Source: Candidatus Omnitrophota bacterium (lineage in GTDB: Bacteria > Omnitrophota > Gorgyraeia > Gygaellales > Profunditerraquicolaceae). Taken from it: a stretch of 62,230 nt of DNA. Under the pieces are notes generated by a model, which was given only the letters and a program-made list of their open reading frames with translations, made no database searches and had not been told where the DNA came from. Every line of letters begins with the position of its first letter. Position 1 is the first letter of the stretch. The DNA is taken from NCBI GenBank assembly GCA_023227985.1, contig JALOCB010000008.1:1-62230 (forward strand). The letters run 5' to 3'. A program made the position numbers and the translations under genes. Of the stretch, positions 59,449 to 62,230 are shown piece after piece.

Positions 59449-62230
59449 TTATTTCTTTACATCCGGCCCTTGATCCTTCCCGGATTTATCCGCCGCCTTC
59501 TGGTCCGGAAACGCGTTATCGCGCATTGAACTTAAGGCGTCCTGGCTGGCGCGCATCTGCGCCTGCCATCCGAAAAAGAACACTACCGCCAAAAGGCCGA
59601 GAAAGATGATAATGATAATAATGATCAACCAGGTGGTGGTCTTGGCCGGCATATTGATCTTAAGCCTGGACCTCTCGAGCATCTCCGGGGCGCTCATCCC
59701 GCTGACCGGCTGGATCAATTTCAACAAAGACGCAAGTTCTTCTTCAACACGCCTTATCGTCTGCATATTCTGGCGGTAAAGGCCTATATGCTGCTCGCGG
59801 CTGATCGTATCATCAACCTGGTTCCGGGCTATTTCATCCATCACAGCCGGAACGGTATTTGCCAGTTCCTGGGCCCGGCCTGCGTATTCGGTCTTAGACA
59901 TACGCGGGACCATATCCGCGGCCTGCCTCTTCAAGTCTTCAAGCCGGCTCGCCGGTATAAGCCAGATATCTTCGACCTCGACCTCGAAGACGCGCGATTC
60001 GCCGGGCTGCAGCTCCAGGTCGTTCTTATAGGCGTAATAGATGCTCTTCTCGGAATCGTATTCCAGGTCCAATCCGCCGGCATCCATAATATCCTTAAGC
60101 TTGACCTCGGTCGGCAGGAATTTCTTCACCTGGACCTTCTGCACCTTGGTCTTGGCCGGATTGATCACCACGATCCTGAATTTGACGCTGCCCGATTGCA
60201 AAGAGGTGGATACGATTGGCGAATCCACCCCGCCGAATTTTGATTCCATTATCTTCAACAGTATATCCACTACGGCATTGATCGTGTCGGTTTTATTGCG
60301 CATCTCCTTGATCGTAGAGGTGTCCCCCAGCTTCTCATCAAGAAGAGTGCTCAAGTCAACCCCTTCCGCTCCGACAAAAGATTTAAGCTGCTCGGAGATC
60401 TGGTTGACCGCGCTGGTCAACTGGGTATTCGGCCCCTGCTTGTTCAATGTTTCCGGCAGGGCCTCGATCGAGGTCTTCAGATTCTGCAAGGTAAGCGCGA
60501 TATTGATATTATCCTTGGAGACCAGCACCGCTTCCACCGCCTTAATGGCGTCCAGGGCTTTCTTAGCGGCTCGCTCGGCTTCCGGCGCGGCTGCGGCAAG
60601 TCCGGCGACAGTGGATATACCCATGCTCTCCACCATACCCGATCCGGAAACAAGGCCTCCGGTGGTCTGCTCGCTCACCAGGTAGGTATAAGCCTTTCCT
60701 ACGGCAAAGTTGCTGTCCGCTGCGAAGCTAAAGACATAGAATCCCGGCCTGCTCTGGCTCATAATCACGTCCGAATATATCGCGTTATTATCCCAGCTGT
60801 ATATATTCAGTTTAGGCAGCAAGTTCGGCTGGCCCTGGACCTGCAGCGTTATAGTATCCCCGCTTAACGCAGGATCAGGGGCCGCTGTGGCGCCCCAGGA
60901 GAATTTCTTGGCGGTCGCCTCAAGGTTCTCGCCTGCTGTTACCGCCTGGTCCGCGCCGGCCTGCAGTTTGGTGATAGCATCGGCGGACTGGGTCTCAAAA
61001 CTGGTCAAGGACGCCTGCAACATACCCACCATACCGCCTGCGGCGAGGATCTCTTCTTTGCTCTTGCCGCCGACGATCAAATTGGTCTGTTCGTCAAGCC
61101 TTGTCTCCACAACACCCTTCATACCGCCTGCGGCGATCAATTCCTCGGGAGTGGCGCCGGATCCGGTGATCATCTCCGCGATATTCGTCTCGACCTCGCT
61201 GATGGACTTATCCAGAACGCTGTTAACGGTATCCTGCGTATCCTGGAGCTTGATAACGTCAGTCACGTCAAAAGAAGTAGGCGTCTTGAAATGCGCGCCG
61301 CTGGCGTTGGTAATATCGGTAATGACCGTATAAACCCTTCCGGATTCCAGGCTGGTGTTCTGCCAGTTCATATGGAAGAAACCCGCGCTATCGGGATTGA
61401 CCCCCACAGCGCCTTCTCCGGGAGCGGCCAGGTGCTTGATCAATTCGCCTTCGTCATATATATACACATCCGCCTGGACACCGCCGGAGACCACGAACCC
61501 GTCACGCTGCAGCCAGGAATTAACTGTCAGGGAATCAGGCGTGCCATTAAGGAGACTGGCCGTATTGTAGGAGAACTCGGAATTCGCCTCCCATATATGG
61601 ATAGCGGTGGTTTCCATAAATAACAACCCGCTGCCGTCGGCTCTCCAGCTATCGCCGTCAGCCAGGGTCATATCCCGGTTCAGGTTGAAAATAGACTGTT
61701 TATCCCCGTATCCTGACTTTGTCCAGAGTATTGACCAGAAACCTGAAGGCAGTTTCATAGTCACGGGCGAACCTAATGGGACAGTCGGCAGATCAGGCAT
61801 AGTGCTTGTCTTCCAGGTATCTGCTTCTGCGCTATCAGGATCGATCTGGTCCGAAGCGCCGTTAACGCTAAGCTGGGTCAGGTGCTGTCCGGAGATCATA
61901 TCCCTTACCTCCCAGGTCACTGAATAATAATCAACGGTAAAGGCGCTGTTGGAATCGTCATAGGCGGCAGGGTCATTGACATCCGAAACGCGGACCCGGA
62001 CAGTAGTCGGATGAATAACTTCCCCTTCTGAATCCTTTATATCCGGGACATACCAGGTATAGGAATTCGCCCCGCCGACATTAGCCACGCTCTCGGCGAT
62101 GGTTTTCCTGGTCCCGGCGTAATCATTATCCAGGTAATATTCCAGCTTAACGAACGGGACGTTACCCGCGGAAGTCCAGGTTATCGCTTTATTCTCGCGG
62201 GTTATCCAGCGCTCCGAACCGTTAGGCGCG
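59449..62230 (-). CDS. Very large tail-anchored surface or envelope protein, N-terminus beyond the window
   Basis: The ORF-track start at 62088 is a GTG. I read the same frame upstream to 62230 without a stop (...ITWTSAGNVPFVKLEYYLDNDYAGTRKTIAESVANVGGANSYTWYVPD...), so the gene is 5'-truncated. The C-terminus has one TM helix (TTWLIIIIIIIFLGLLAVVFFFGW) and a charged tail of about 36 aa. I recognise no catalytic motif. Confidence 0.7.
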   Translation of the reverse strand, partial: APNGSERWITRENKAITWTSAGNVPFVKLEYYLDNDYAGTRKTIAESVANVGGANSYTWYVPDIKDSEGEVIHPTTVRVRVSDVNDPAAYDDSNSAFTVDYYSVTWEVRDMISGQHLTQLSVNGASDQIDPDSAEADTWKTSTMPDLPTVPLGSPVTMKLPSGFWSILWTKSGYGDKQSIFNLNRDMTLADGDSWRADGSGLLFMETTAIHIWEANSEFSYNTASLLNGTPDSLTVNSWLQRDGFVVSGGVQADVYIYDEGELIKHLAAPGEGAVGVNPDSAGFFHMNWQNTSLESGRVYTVITDITNASGAHFKTPTSFDVTDVIKLQDTQDTVNSVLDKSISEVETNIAEMITGSGATPEELIAAGGMKGVVETRLDEQTNLIVGGKSKEEILAAGGMVGMLQASLTSFETQSADAITKLQAGADQAVTAGENLEATAKKFSWGATAAPDPALSGDTITLQVQGQPNLLPKLNIYSWDNNAIYSDVIMSQSRPGFYVFSFAADSNFAVGKAYTYLVSEQTTGGLVSGSGMVESMGISTVAGLAAAAPEAERAAKKALDAIKAVEAVLVSKDNINIALTLQNLKTSIEALPETLNKQGPNTQLTSAVNQISEQLKSFVGAEGVDLSTLLDEKLGDTSTIKEMRNKTDTINAVVDILLKIMESKFGGVDSPIVSTSLQSGSVKFRIVVINPAKTKVQKVQVKKFLPTEVKLKDIMDAGGLDLEYDSEKSIYYAYKNDLELQPGESRVFEVEVEDIWLIPASRLEDLKRQAADMVPRMSKTEYAGRAQELANTVPAVMDEIARNQVDDTISREQHIGLYRQNMQTIRRVEEELASLLKLIQPVSGMSAPEMLERSRLKINMPAKTTTWLIIIIIIIFLGLLAVVFFFGWQAQMRASQDALSSMRDNAFPDQKAADKSGKDQGPDVKK

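Noticed and set aside
59590-59630. A run of seven consecutive Ile codons (ATT/ATC) in the TM anchor of the large protein, considered as a slippage-prone trinucleotide repeat or phase-variation tract.
   Set aside because: The codons are mixed ATT and ATC rather than a pure repeat, and they lie within an ordinary hydrophobic helix. Length changes would stay in frame. There is no evidence of variation from a single sequence.

Overview
This 62.2 kb window looks like core bacterial chromosome. It is densely packed and almost every gene is on the minus strand; only two CDS (35858-37029) are on plus. I cannot assign taxonomy from sequence alone.

Reading in the minus-strand direction of transcription (high to low coordinates), the window contains:
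- A 5'-truncated gene for a very large tail-anchored surface protein (59449->62230).
- An atypically organised F-type ATPase cluster, epsilon-c-b/delta-alpha-gamma-beta, with no a-subunit gene (54280-59278).
- Directly abutting it, a T2SS/T4P-like pseudopilus cluster (44977-54265): a stand-alone MshEN domain protein, a GspE/PilB ATPase with a C-terminal PilZ domain, GspF, an HExxH peptidase, GspG, two minor pseudopilins, GspK, a PilM-PilN fusion and a PilO/GspM-like protein. No secretin or prepilin peptidase is present.
- rpsO-pnp, ftsK, rodZ, rimO, pgsA and pgpA.
- A riboflavin operon behind an FMN riboswitch (ribBA-ribH-nusB-PHP-ribD-ribE).
- tRNA-Pro(CGG), acyP, ligA, xerC/D, cca, rbfA, nrnA and ribF.
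- A complete dcw cluster running from mraZ to ftsA, with an extra HExxH peptidase between murG and murC and no ftsZ after ftsA.
- yggS, proC, mtnP and a 3'-truncated ileS. I translated ileS by hand because it is absent from the ORF track.

Several near-consensus sigma70 promoters with exact 17-nt spacers, an MraZ operator, intrinsic terminators and several structured intergenic elements are readable directly in the sequence. There is no CRISPR array, rRNA, transposase or obvious mobile island.

The most interesting items are:
- the double c-di-GMP-sensor arrangement on the secretion ATPase;
- the a-less ATPase cluster fused end-to-end to the pseudopilus genes;
- the paralogous MA-type peptidases embedded in the dcw and pseudopilus operons;
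- the absence of ftsZ at its canonical position.

All functional calls rest on motif and family recognition by eye. No database search was possible.
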